A DNA stretch of 64,000 bases, from positions 960,001 through 1,024,000 of the forward strand of contig CBDCRP010000003.1 in NCBI GenBank assembly GCA_965221165.1, read 5' to 3'. The notes below the pieces were generated by a model, which saw only the letters and a list, made by a program, of their open reading frames with translations, searched no databases and was not told the DNA's origin. Positions 9,644 through 19,396 of the stretch are shown here, piece by piece. The stretch comes from a bacterium. GTDB lineage: Bacteria; UBA8248. Both the position numbers and the translations under genes were made by a program. How positions within the stretch are numbered: the first letter of the stretch is position 1; each line of letters begins with the position of its first letter.

Positions 9644-10606
9644 TTATTCCAGATTCAGGTGCGGCAGCACCTCCCGGGTGAATCGCTCCAGTTGGCCCAT
9701 CTGATCCTTATGCGTGAAGCGCAGGGAGATGTGCTCCGCCCCCGCATCGATGAAGGCGTTGATGCGCTCTATCAAATCATCGGCGGGGCCATACGTTCCC
9801 CACTTCTCGATGGAATCGCCCCAGAATGGGGTGTAGTAATAATCGAGCAAGAATTCCTCGCCGTTTTTCATGGCGGATTCCTTGTCGTCGTCGATACAAG
9901 TCGTCATGTACCACGCGGGCGTGCCCGGGTCGCGCTTATTCTCCCCGGCGAGCCGGGTAATCTTTCCCCAGGTTTCGCGAAACTCCTCGGGCGTCACGCG
10001 GTTGGGGAACCACCCGTCTCCATACCTGGCAACCCGCTGCCATGCGGTGTCCACCACGGCGGAGGCGATCCACATGGGCACGGTTTTCTGGATGGGCCTG
10101 TGCGCCAGCGTCACGTCGCGCGCCTGGTAATACCTGCCCAGATAAGTCACGTTCTCCTCCGTCCAGAGCCTTCGCATGAGCGTCATGTGTTCCTGCATAT
10201 AGAACATGCGCTTTCTGAACGGAACGCCCAGGGTCTCGAACTCATGCTCGCACTCCTGGGGTTTCGGCGGGCCGATGCCGACGCCGAGAATCACGCGGCC
10301 GCCCGAGATGACGTCGAGCGTCGCCACCTGATAGGCGAGAAAGACGGGGTCTCTGAGACAGGGCAGAAAGACAGCGGTGCCGAGCTTTACGCGCTTTGTT
10401 CTCACGGCGACGGCAGAGAGCACGCTGAGCGCCTCGAGCCTCGGCTTGGCGAGCACCGAATCGCCCACGAACACCGAATCGTAGCCGAGTTCCTCGGCAC
10501 TCACGGCCAAGTCGATGATGGGGCCGACTTCCGGCACACCTTCGTTCCACAGCAGCACCCCACGCGTGGGGAGAAGCACGCCGAGTTTTACTTTTCTATC
10601 CGTCAC
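9644..10606 (-). CDS. LLM flavin-dependent oxidoreductase
   Basis: GYDSVFVGDS, RTKRVKLGTAV, TLDVISGGRVILGVG, GDGW. Confidence 0.92.
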   Translation of the reverse strand: MTDRKVKLGVLLPTRGVLLWNEGVPEVGPIIDLAVSAEELGYDSVFVGDSVLAKPRLEALSVLSAVAVRTKRVKLGTAVFLPCLRDPVFLAYQVATLDVISGGRVILGVGIGPPKPQECEHEFETLGVPFRKRMFYMQEHMTLMRRLWTEENVTYLGRYYQARDVTLAHRPIQKTVPMWIASAVVDTAWQRVARYGDGWFPNRVTPEEFRETWGKITRLAGENKRDPGTPAWYMTTCIDDDKESAMKNGEEFLLDYYYTPFWGDSIEKWGTYGPADDLIERINAFIDAGAEHISLRFTHKDQMGQLERFTREVLPHLNLE

Positions 10607-10614
10607 GTTGAGGC

Positions 10615-11997
10615 CTAGAGGCGGATGCCCGCGCTCGCGAGGATTCCGCGCACGCGCTCTCGCTGCGCGTCGGGTATATGGAGCCGTTCCGCGAAATCGC
10701 GTCCCGCGGGCTTCGTGGCGTCGATGCCCACTTTCGTCAGGGTGTGATCCTCGGGGTCCGAGGTCGGGTCCAGGATGGCGCCCATCGCCCCATGGATGAA
10801 GTTGATGTCCTTATCCGCCCGCGTTCTCGTGATGACCGCCCAGGCGACGTCGGAGAGATTGAAGATGTCCACGTCCTCATCGACGACCACCACGCATTTG
10901 CAGTAAAACTCGGTTCCGAGCGCCGCCATGATGGCCTGCTGCGGCTGGCCTTCGGCCGTTTTTTTCATCTGCACGATGGCCAAGAGCGCGCCCGCCGTGG
11001 TCGAGGGAACGTGCACGGCCGATACGCCCGGCAGGTTGCGTTTGAGCGTGTTCAGGATTTCCGCCTCGCGGCTCACGCAGGAGATGAGTATATGGTCCGC
11101 CGACATGCCCGAGGCCACGCTGTGGAGCATGGCGTCGCCCCGCATCTGCACGCGCTTCACGACGAACACGTTTTGCGTGCTCCGGTAGGAAGCATAGCCG
11201 GTGAACTCGCCGAAGGGGCCTTCGGGTTCGCGCACCTCGGCCAGAATCTCTCCTTCCAGAACGATTTCCGCCCCCGCAGGCGCTTCCAGGTCCGCCGTGC
11301 CGCACCTGGCGACGCGATAGGGCTCGCCGAACAAGGCGCCGATGATCTCGTATTTCCGCACCCCCGGCGGGTAGTGATAGGCCATCGAACCCATGTAGTG
11401 AACCGGGTGAACGCCGATGACGACGGCCGCGGGCAGGGGCTTCCCTAAGTCTTCGGCTTTTTTGTGGAAATGGTACATCCGCCGCCTCGAGTGCAGGGAA
11501 AGCCCAAGCCTGTTTTTTCCCTTGAGCTGCAAGCGGTGAAAACCCGTGGTGTCGACACCCGTCTCGGGGTCTCGTGCCACGATTTGGCCCGCCGTGATGT
11601 AGGGAGCCGCATCCACGGGAAAATGGAAGGGGATGGGGAGTTTATTGAGGTCCACCTCGTCTTCTTCCAGCACGACTTCGCGCCAGGGGGCGTCCTCCAC
11701 CACCTCCACGGGCCGGTAATTCTGGCAGCGATCCTTGTACGCCGTCGGCAATTCGCCCGGCTCCACGTCGAGACACGCCGCCAGGAGATCCCGGTTGGCC
11801 GCGATGTTGGTGACGACCGAACCCTCGAAACCCTCCACGTGCTCGAAGAGGATGACGGGGTATCTGCCCGCGCGCTCGAACTCGAACACCGTGGCCGTGA
11901 TGTCCTCCCTGCCGACGGGTTCTTTGATGCGCACCAGTTCTTCGGGGTGGTTTCGCTCCACCATCTCCAGGAAGCCGCGCAGGCTTTGGTCTACCAT
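10615..11997 (-). CDS. UbiD family prFMN-dependent (de)carboxylase
   Basis: MVDQSLRGFL start, DAAPYITAG, GFHRLQ, AEIVLEG, EGPFGEFTGY, VDEDVD, KVGIDATKP. Confidence 0.93.
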   Translation of the reverse strand: MVDQSLRGFLEMVERNHPEELVRIKEPVGREDITATVFEFERAGRYPVILFEHVEGFEGSVVTNIAANRDLLAACLDVEPGELPTAYKDRCQNYRPVEVVEDAPWREVVLEEDEVDLNKLPIPFHFPVDAAPYITAGQIVARDPETGVDTTGFHRLQLKGKNRLGLSLHSRRRMYHFHKKAEDLGKPLPAAVVIGVHPVHYMGSMAYHYPPGVRKYEIIGALFGEPYRVARCGTADLEAPAGAEIVLEGEILAEVREPEGPFGEFTGYASYRSTQNVFVVKRVQMRGDAMLHSVASGMSADHILISCVSREAEILNTLKRNLPGVSAVHVPSTTAGALLAIVQMKKTAEGQPQQAIMAALGTEFYCKCVVVVDEDVDIFNLSDVAWAVITRTRADKDINFIHGAMGAILDPTSDPEDHTLTKVGIDATKPAGRDFAERLHIPDAQRERVRGILASAGIRL

Positions 11998-12008
11998 GTC
12001 GCGTCTCT

Positions 12009-12800
12009 TTATTTGGCCCAGGAGCCGCGATCCGTATAGGGATTCTCGAGGGGCGGCAGGGGAGGAGCGCCGTCGCGGGGTGGTTCCTCGTCCCAGAACT
12101 CGATGGCGATGACGCGCGCGGGCGCGCCTTCGGTGTCCTTGATCTTCACCGCGCCCGTCACGAGCAGGACGCGCTCTTTCTGGATGGCGCCCATGTTCGT
12201 GCACCACTCGATGAGGCATATCCCGCGTTCCAGAAACTTGATGTGGTTGGGGCTCCAGTTCGGGGCGGGCCACTTGCGCTCCTCGGGGGGATAGAGCGGC
12301 GAGTCGCACGTCATGAAATCCTGCACGAGCGCCTTGATTCCCTTGTCGATGAGCCAATCGGCCGCGTCGGTCGAGAGATAGACCATGTGCTCCCAGAAAT
12401 CGCGCGACCCCCACATGCGGTCGGTCCATTCCGTGCTGACGATGGCGATGTCGCCGGGGCGCACCTCCACCCCCGTGGCTTCCAGGTCCTCGGCCGTCAC
12501 GGTCTCGGAATTGCCCTTGCCCGGCACCTTCAGCACGCAGGCGTCGCCGCATACGTGATCGAGCGGCAACTCGTCGTTCTTCAGCCCGTCGTGAAAAAAG
12601 TGATAGGGCGCGTCGTAGTGCGTGTAGCTCTGCGTGGTGGTGGTGAAGCCGAAGTTGCAGATGTGGTCCACGTCCAGCGTCGCGATGGGGGTGATGGTCG
12701 TGCCCGGAGCCGGCTTGTCGTAAATCTCATCACGCGGAAACTGAACGTAGGTATCTGCCGGGTCGACGGTGAGCGTGAGATCGACGAAGCGGTACGGCAT
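12009..12800 (-). CDS. Cyclase family (kynurenine formamidase-like) metallo-hydrolase
   Basis: VDLTLT, THYDAPYH, C-terminal IEW..N and GAPARVIA. Confidence 0.85.
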   Translation of the reverse strand: MPYRFVDLTLTVDPADTYVQFPRDEIYDKPAPGTTITPIATLDVDHICNFGFTTTTQSYTHYDAPYHFFHDGLKNDELPLDHVCGDACVLKVPGKGNSETVTAEDLEATGVEVRPGDIAIVSTEWTDRMWGSRDFWEHMVYLSTDAADWLIDKGIKALVQDFMTCDSPLYPPEERKWPAPNWSPNHIKFLERGICLIEWCTNMGAIQKERVLLVTGAVKIKDTEGAPARVIAIEFWDEEPPRDGAPPLPPLENPYTDRGSWAK

Positions 12801-12842
12801 GGCATTCCCCCTGTTGGAGCGAACGGATTTTGGAATATAAGG

Positions 12843-12876
12843 CTCCCGCCGTCCATCAAAAGACGGACGGCGGGAG
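12843..12876. terminator. Strong hairpin between the TAXI and cyclase genes
   Basis: CTCCCGCCGTCC-N10-GGACGGCGGGAG, a perfect 12-bp stem with only a weak U-tract. Confidence 0.45.
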
Positions 12877-12962
12877 TGAAACCTTCATCTATGAACCGAT
12901 ACTTGTTCTCGTTCTTGCTTTTCGCTCGGCGGAATTCCTCTTCCCACCGCTTGAGTCATCAA

Positions 12963-13940
12963 CTAATTCCAGCCCTTCTCCTTGCAGTAGCGGGCCGCGC
13001 CGTCATGAAACGGTATGCCCATCTGCGATTCCTTGCAGCCGGTTTTCGCCGGGTCGAAGCCCCTGAGACCCTTATGCCCCGCCCGCAGGTCTTTGACGTT
13101 GTCGAGCAGCGCCTTCACGATATTGTACGCCGCGTCGTTGCTCAGGGCGGTGGAGGCGAGGACCGCGGTTGTGAAGCCGAACGTGTTCTTGGGCTTCTTC
13201 TGCCCCGGGAACGTGTTGGCCGGCATGGTGGCTTTCAGGAAGCCGATGCCCAAAAGCTTGTTGCGGAACTCATCGGCGATGCCTAAGAATTTCAGCTTTT
13301 TCTGGATCGCGATCGAGGTGAGCGCCGGGTGGCCCGCGTTCACGGTGTGGCTCAGCATGTCGGCCTGACCGTCCTTCATCCGGCTCTTGATCGCGCCGAA
13401 GCCGGTGTGCGTGGCCGACCCGCCCATCTTCTTGATGCCCTCATAGGTGATGCCGTGCGCTCCGAGCATGGCGCGCGTGGCCCACTGGCCCAGCCCTCCG
13501 CGCGGAACCGTCACGTAGTTCACGGGCACTTTCTTGAGATCGAGGATGCCGTTCACCTTGGGGTTCGTGGTGACGATGCCCAGGTAGTATTGGTCCAGGC
13601 CGCCGATCAGCCCCCGCAGGTTCTTGTAGGGCTTCTTGTAGGCCACCTTGCCCTGATACGCCCAGGCCGCCGCCACGCTGAAAGTAAGCCCCATGTTGAA
13701 CTTGCCGGTGCCGACGAGCTTGGGGTTGCCCACGCCGCCGCCTTTGGAGAGGGCGTCTATCTGAACGCCCACTTTCGCGTTGTTCACGATGTTCGCCATG
13801 GTGGCCGAATACACGTGCCAGCCGCTGCCTTTTTTCCAACTGCCCATGGTGAGGCGGTCGGCCGCTTCGGCCTGAGCGGCCAGGAAGACCCCCAAGGCCA
13901 CCGCGAGAACGAAACCCATTTTCCAGGATGTGCGCTTCAT
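12963..13940 (-). CDS. TAXI family TRAP solute-binding subunit
   Basis: Signal peptide ending AEA, TMGS...GSGW, GGGVGN, LRGL, IPFHDGAARY. Confidence 0.9.
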   Translation of the reverse strand: MKRTSWKMGFVLAVALGVFLAAQAEAADRLTMGSWKKGSGWHVYSATMANIVNNAKVGVQIDALSKGGGVGNPKLVGTGKFNMGLTFSVAAAWAYQGKVAYKKPYKNLRGLIGGLDQYYLGIVTTNPKVNGILDLKKVPVNYVTVPRGGLGQWATRAMLGAHGITYEGIKKMGGSATHTGFGAIKSRMKDGQADMLSHTVNAGHPALTSIAIQKKLKFLGIADEFRNKLLGIGFLKATMPANTFPGQKKPKNTFGFTTAVLASTALSNDAAYNIVKALLDNVKDLRAGHKGLRGFDPAKTGCKESQMGIPFHDGAARYCKEKGWN

Positions 13941-13998
13941 GTCGAAAACTCCTCTGTTGGAAAAAACACGAATTGTTCCGCCTATAATGCGTTTTTCG

Positions 13999-15870
13999 CT
14001 AAGAAACCGGACCCGCCGATTCTACAGCGAGGGCGCTTTTCTTGGCGCGCACCATATGGCGCCAGAAAACAATGACCAGCAAAACGGAGCCGATGACGTC
14101 CGTCAACTTCTCGGGAACGATCAGCCCCAGGCAGCAGATAAAGAAAACCGCCCGCTCCCAAGCCGCCAGGGGGAGCGATACGTGCCCGGTAATTGCCGCC
14201 GCCAGGGCCGCCACACCGATGATGCAGGTGATCGACACCCAGAGCGTCTCGCCGAGCGGACCGATGAACAGCATGGACGGATTATATACGAACGCGAAGG
14301 GAATGAGAAATCCCGCCAAAGAAAGCTGAAACGCCTTCCAGCCCGTGGCGGTCAAGTCCGAATTGGCCACGCCCGAGGCGACGTAGGCCGATAGCGCCAC
14401 CGGCGGCGTCAGCATCGAGAGTATGGCGAAATAGTAGATGAACATATGCGCCGCCAGAACGGGAAGCCCGAGCTTGAAGAGCGCGGGCCCCAAAAGCGTG
14501 CCCGCCATGATGTAGGCGGCGGCCGTGGGCATCCCCATGCCCATGATGACGCAGCCGATGAGCGTGAGAACCAGTGCGGGCAGGACCATGCCGCCCGAGA
14601 TGTTGACGATGAGGCCCGAGAATTTGAGCCCCAGGCCCGTATCGTCCACCACGCCGACCACGACGCCCGCGATTGCGCAGGGAACCGCGACGGGGACCGT
14701 CATGCGCCCGGCCTTCTCGAGCGCTTCGATTATCTTTTCGGGCCCCATGCGCGTCGCCCTGCGCACCCAGCTGAGCACTACCACGCCGATGGCCGCCGAG
14801 GTGGCCGACCACATCAAAGTGAAACCGGCGATCATGTAGCCCAAGAGCAGGATGATCGGCAAAAGCAGAAGACCGCGCTCCAAGATGATGCTCTTGAGCT
14901 CGGGCATCTCGTCTTTGCTCAATCCTTTGAGGCTCAGCTTTTTCGCCTCGAGATCGACCATGAAGAACAGAGAGACGTAGTAGATGACGGCCGGAATGGC
15001 CGCCGCGCCCGCCACCCTCAAATAAGGGGTTCCCGTCATGTCGGCCAGGATGAAGGCCCCCGCGCCCATGATGGGCGGCATGAGCTGGCCGCCCGTTGAG
15101 GCCACCGCTTCCACCGCGCCCGCGTAATGGGGGGCGAAGCCCAGGCGCTTCATCAACGGAATTGTGAAGATGCCGGTTCCCACGACGTTCGCCGTCGCGC
15201 TGCCGCTGATGGTTCCCATGAGGCTGCTGCTCACTATCGCCGCCTTGGCCGGACCGCCCCGGAACGAACCGGTGAGCCGGATGGCCAGATCGATGAACAT
15301 GCGTCCGCCGCCCGAGACCTCGAGCGCCGCCGAGAAGAGCACGAAATAGAACACCACCTCCACGCTCACGCCAAGCGGAACGCCCAGTAGGCCCTCGATG
15401 CCCAGGATCTGAAACTCGATAAACTCGGGCAACTCGATGAAGCGGTGCCCCAGGGCGCCCGGAATCAAATGGCCCAGAAAATTATAGGCCAGCGCGATGA
15501 CGGCGACCGAGGTGACGCCCCAGCCGAGATAACGGCGCGAGGCCTCTACGGTCAGGAGGATATAAATAAGGCCCAGGTAGATATAGCGCACGGGAACTTC
15601 GTCCACGTCGCGGATGCGCTCGTTCAGGAAGTTCCACTCCCACAGATAGAGCAGCGCGATGACCATGGCGATGACGGTCAGGGCGTAATCGACCACGCCG
15701 ACGCGGCCTTCCTTGCGAAACGGTTTTGTGAGAAAGACTATCCCTAAGGCGAAGCTCAGATGAAGCGGTCTGGAGGTAAAAACATGCAGCATCCCGAAAA
15801 AGGCCCAGTAGAGCTGGATGACAGACCAGACGATGGCCAGCATGGCGATCGGGTTCAGGAACCGCTTCAT
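13999..15870 (-). CDS. TRAP transporter fused 4TM/12TM permease
   Basis: RGGPAKAA, GTISGSATANVV, EAVASTGGQLMPPIMGAGAF, MGMGMPT, TPPVAL. Confidence 0.93.
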   Translation of the reverse strand: MKRFLNPIAMLAIVWSVIQLYWAFFGMLHVFTSRPLHLSFALGIVFLTKPFRKEGRVGVVDYALTVIAMVIALLYLWEWNFLNERIRDVDEVPVRYIYLGLIYILLTVEASRRYLGWGVTSVAVIALAYNFLGHLIPGALGHRFIELPEFIEFQILGIEGLLGVPLGVSVEVVFYFVLFSAALEVSGGGRMFIDLAIRLTGSFRGGPAKAAIVSSSLMGTISGSATANVVGTGIFTIPLMKRLGFAPHYAGAVEAVASTGGQLMPPIMGAGAFILADMTGTPYLRVAGAAAIPAVIYYVSLFFMVDLEAKKLSLKGLSKDEMPELKSIILERGLLLLPIILLLGYMIAGFTLMWSATSAAIGVVVLSWVRRATRMGPEKIIEALEKAGRMTVPVAVPCAIAGVVVGVVDDTGLGLKFSGLIVNISGGMVLPALVLTLIGCVIMGMGMPTAAAYIMAGTLLGPALFKLGLPVLAAHMFIYYFAILSMLTPPVALSAYVASGVANSDLTATGWKAFQLSLAGFLIPFAFVYNPSMLFIGPLGETLWVSITCIIGVAALAAAITGHVSLPLAAWERAVFFICCLGLIVPEKLTDVIGSVLLVIVFWRHMVRAKKSALAVESAGPVS

Positions 15871-16021
15871 GGAAATCCCGTCCCTTTGATGAGGCGTTTT
15901 CCGGAACAAACGCCAGACGCAACAGGAAGCGTCTCACACAAAATTACCAGCGCATTACGAGCGCGTGGGAACTGATTCTTACTTATCGGGCGATTTCATC
16001 CCCTACCATGCGGTGCCTAAC

Positions 16022-17206
16022 TCATTCCGCCCACGGGCGCGTGGTGGTCGTCGTGAGGAGTTCGCATCCATCATCGGTCACGAGCACCATCTGCTCGATG
16101 TTCGTGCCCCCCACCTCGGGCAGCACGAACTGCGGCTCCACGCAGAGCACCATGTTCCGCTCCAGTACCATCGCGTTGTCCGGCCTGATGATGGGCGCTT
16201 CCACGGTTTCCAGGCCGATGCCGTGCCCCGCCATGGGGAATAGATACTGCCCCGCCCCGTCCGCGTTATCATCCAGGAACCGGCTCGCCGCCGCATGAAC
16301 GTCCGAAGCCCTGGCGCCCGCTTGAGCTGCGCCCATCGCCGCTTCCGAGGTCGCGACCGTCAATTCCAGCATCTCCTCCACGCTTTTTTCAAGTTTCTTG
16401 CCGGGAACCACGGCGGTGCGGTTGACGTCGAATCCATAGCCTTCCACCGCACCCACGTAGTCGAAGCGAATCAGGTCGCCCGCCTCCAGTTTTCTTTGGG
16501 TCGCCTGCGGCCAGCGCGAACCCCAACTCGCCCACGGGCCGCTGTGAACGCGGACGTAGCGCACGAAATCAGCGCCCGCGCGCATCCCCGCCGCATGGCC
16601 CTCGGCGCACAGATCGCTCTCGCGCACACCTGGGCGAATTGCCTCGAAAATAGCGGCGTAGCCCGTCTCGACGATTTCCGCCGCGCGCTTGAGGTAGGCG
16701 ACCTCGGTTTCGCTCTTCCTCGCCCGAAGCCGCTCCACCAGGGCGTTCGCGTTCGAAAACCGCGCGTCGGGCAGCGCGGAGGTCAAGTCGATATACATCG
16801 TCGCCGGCATGATGTCCTCTCCGGCGACGCCCACACGCGCGCTCGCGGCTCCCAGGCGCTTGAGCTGATTTACCAGCCCGGCGGAGATGTTCGCCTCCAC
16901 CTGGACATTCTCGACGTGCACCATCTCGCGGCGATAGTTCCGGTGGTCCACGAAAAGCAGCGGCTCTTCTTCTAGCGGCAGGACGAGCACGCCGTGGCCC
17001 ATGCCGCGAACGGTCTCGCTGAACGCTCCCGGCGGAAACGGCGGAAAGTGGTTCGTGAGGTAGGTCAGGCTCCCCATGCGGTCATAAAATGAGCGCCCGA
17101 TGACGAGCAGAACGTCGAGTCCCTCCGTGCGCATGAGGCCGCGCGAATCCGAAATTCTCTTTTGTATTTCCTCGCGGGAAGCGCCCGTTCCGTTCTCTAA
17201 GACCAT
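16022..17206 (-). CDS. M24 (Xaa-Pro peptidase/creatinase-fold) hydrolase
   Basis: LRARKSETE, D-x10-D (RFD...GFDVNRT), GHGIGL, VEP, IEQ. Confidence 0.88.
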   Translation of the reverse strand: MVLENGTGASREEIQKRISDSRGLMRTEGLDVLLVIGRSFYDRMGSLTYLTNHFPPFPPGAFSETVRGMGHGVLVLPLEEEPLLFVDHRNYRREMVHVENVQVEANISAGLVNQLKRLGAASARVGVAGEDIMPATMYIDLTSALPDARFSNANALVERLRARKSETEVAYLKRAAEIVETGYAAIFEAIRPGVRESDLCAEGHAAGMRAGADFVRYVRVHSGPWASWGSRWPQATQRKLEAGDLIRFDYVGAVEGYGFDVNRTAVVPGKKLEKSVEEMLELTVATSEAAMGAAQAGARASDVHAAASRFLDDNADGAGQYLFPMAGHGIGLETVEAPIIRPDNAMVLERNMVLCVEPQFVLPEVGGTNIEQMVLVTDDGCELLTTTTTRPWAE

Positions 17207-18250
17207 CTACCTGAACCTCGGCAAAAGTTCCGAGACGAAATTCTCCAGTTGCTCCTCCTGGCTGCCGCCCGCGAAGCGAACGACGAAAACGCGCGCGCCC
17301 TCCCCCGCATATTCCCGGAGCTGTTCTTCCGCCCTATCGCCATCCCCGGCGATGACGAGGAGTTGCTTGCGCACCTCATCGAACGTCTTGTGGTAGTACC
17401 TGGAGAGAAATTCCCCGCACTGCGCTTCCGCTTTTCCTCCGTCGGGATTCACGTTCATCGTCACGTAGAGGCATTGGGGAATTTTCTGAATCTCCCCGGC
17501 TCTGCCGGCCTCATCGGCATAGCCAAGAATCTTCTCCCAGCACCGGCGGTAGAGATCCGGGGTAATCGAATTCGTTATCCAGCCGTCGGCCAGGCGCGCC
17601 ACGCGCCTTAAGCCTGAATCCACCAGATTGCTCGATAGCCAGATCGGGGGGCCGCCGGGGGTTTTGGGTCGAGGTTCGAGCGCCACGCCGTCCAGGGCGA
17701 AATGCCTGCCCGCGTAATCCGCCCGGGATTCGCGCATGAGGAGCTTGAGTATCTCCACGGTCTCCGAGAAACGGCGCGCGCGTTCGTTCAGAGGCACGCC
17801 CATCGTCTCGAACTCGAACTTGAGGTCCGTGCGCCCCACGCCCAGGCCGGGGATGACGCGCCCGGGGAACATGCAGTCGAGCGTGCTCACCGATTGGGCG
17901 AGCATTACCGGGTGTCTGAGCGCGGCGAGCATCACCGCCGTACCCACCTGAACGCGCTCGGTCGAGGCGAGAACAGCCGCCCAGGTCGTGAAGCTCTCCA
18001 TGCGCGGCTTGGCCAGCACGCTGTCGCCGAGCCACACGGAATCGAGGCCGAGATTTTCGGCCTTTTTCGCGAGAGAAAAAACAGGTTCCGTATCCGGCGC
18101 TCCGCCCGCCGCCGCCACGACGACGCCGCGCGTGGGCAACAGATAGCCGAAATGAAAATTTCCCGCCTCATTCATGGAATCGAATCCCAACCTCATCGTT
18201 AAAGGACGGATGCCCTCATCTGGGGGCGAACGAAAATGCCAGATTTTCAT
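17207..18250 (-). CDS. LLM flavin-dependent oxidoreductase (start uncertain, possibly ~18175-18196)
   Basis: LLPTRG, DSVWLGDSVLAKPR, GTAV, ADGW. Close paralogue of 9644..10606. Confidence 0.88.
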   Translation of the reverse strand: MKIWHFRSPPDEGIRPLTMRLGFDSMNEAGNFHFGYLLPTRGVVVAAAGGAPDTEPVFSLAKKAENLGLDSVWLGDSVLAKPRMESFTTWAAVLASTERVQVGTAVMLAALRHPVMLAQSVSTLDCMFPGRVIPGLGVGRTDLKFEFETMGVPLNERARRFSETVEILKLLMRESRADYAGRHFALDGVALEPRPKTPGGPPIWLSSNLVDSGLRRVARLADGWITNSITPDLYRRCWEKILGYADEAGRAGEIQKIPQCLYVTMNVNPDGGKAEAQCGEFLSRYYHKTFDEVRKQLLVIAGDGDRAEEQLREYAGEGARVFVVRFAGGSQEEQLENFVSELLPRFR

Positions 18251-18285
18251 ACATTAGTAACACTTTTGGCGTTCCCCCGCAAAAA

Positions 18286-18460
18286 CGCCGCATTTGCCGT
18301 CACCGCGCGGGCGCCCGCCCGTGGCACGATGGCGAGCGGCCGGCGACTCAAGGCCGCACCCGCGGGAATATCTGAAAATAGGGGAAAATAGGGGAAAGTA
18401 AGTGAAAATATCTGAAAATTTATATAATTGATAAAAAAGGGGTTACACGGAATTTCCCGT
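18286..18460 (+). repeat. 10-bp-period array element, copy 1
   Basis: CCGCATTTGC motif, then GAATATCTGA AAATAGGGGA AAATAGGGGA AAGTAAGTGA AAATATCTGA AAATT. Confidence 0.8.
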
Positions 18461-18521
18461 GCATGGCGGCCTTTGGGGGCCTACGTGCGGCGGGCGCCGA
18501 GCGGGCCATCATGATTGCGCG

Positions 18522-19292
18522 TCAACGCGACTTCGGAACCACCAGGGTCTTGGGACGGCGCTCTTCCGCCGTCTTGAACAGCGAGAAAGTCTGGTTCACA
18601 TAGTTGACCGCCCCCGAAATGTGTTCGAGGTAGGCGTCGAGTTCCGGCGTGTGCGCGGCTTCGACCAACTGGACCGGCCGGTCCTGGGGCGTTGTTTCGA
18701 ACTGGCAATAAAAGAGCGGCTCGCCGCGAGAGAGCCGCAACTCCTTTTCGACGTCATGCCATTCGAACGCCCACATCAGCGCTCGCGGCCACACGTCGAT
18801 CGGAAAGCGGCCGCCGAAAATCGTGCCCGGCCAAGGCTCCGCGCGGTAATGCATGAAGGGCGCAATCTGGGACATATAGACCGGCTCGTCCGCAATGAAC
18901 ACATAGGGAAGGGACATCTGGATGGTGGGTCGCTCCGGATAGCGCCATTCCGCCTCGGGCGTGAGATGAATGAGGGTGCGGAGTTTATTCGGGCGCACCG
19001 GAGATCTCTGGCCCAGGAGGTTGCGCAGCGCCGGCTTGCCCTTCTTGTCCCGGGCGAAGGCGAGATGCAGGTCGAAAGGGCATTTCACCTCGAAATACCG
19101 GCTCTCGAGATTGAGTGTCGCCGGGCACCGCGAAGCCGATTTCGCATGGCGCTTGTTCATCTCCACCGAGCGCACCCGGGCGGGCGCGTCATAGATGACT
19201 CCGCCGCGCTCCTCGTTCAGCAACCAGCCGATTTTGACCGGGCCCGAACCCGGGCCTTCGCTCGGCAACTCGTGGGTAACGTGAATATCCAT
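18522..19292 (-). CDS. Hypothetical protein (possibly DUF6065/dUTPase-like fold)
   Basis: 256-aa ORF with natural composition, SRCPA near the N-terminus and GEPLFY near the C-terminus. Confidence 0.65.
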   Translation of the reverse strand: MDIHVTHELPSEGPGSGPVKIGWLLNEERGGVIYDAPARVRSVEMNKRHAKSASRCPATLNLESRYFEVKCPFDLHLAFARDKKGKPALRNLLGQRSPVRPNKLRTLIHLTPEAEWRYPERPTIQMSLPYVFIADEPVYMSQIAPFMHYRAEPWPGTIFGGRFPIDVWPRALMWAFEWHDVEKELRLSRGEPLFYCQFETTPQDRPVQLVEAAHTPELDAYLEHISGAVNYVNQTFSLFKTAEERRPKTLVVPKSR

Positions 19293-19396
19293 GACCCATC
19301 CTTATACCGCGAAGACGGGGAGTGTCAACGACTTGTGAGCGCACCGATGGTCTCTATCGCGCATCTGTTGCGGGTAATGAAACTACCATAATGGCC

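Noticed and set aside
18366-18420. Decamer arrays or REP clusters as CRISPR arrays
   Set aside because: No constant 23-47 bp repeats with unique regular spacers, and no cas genes.
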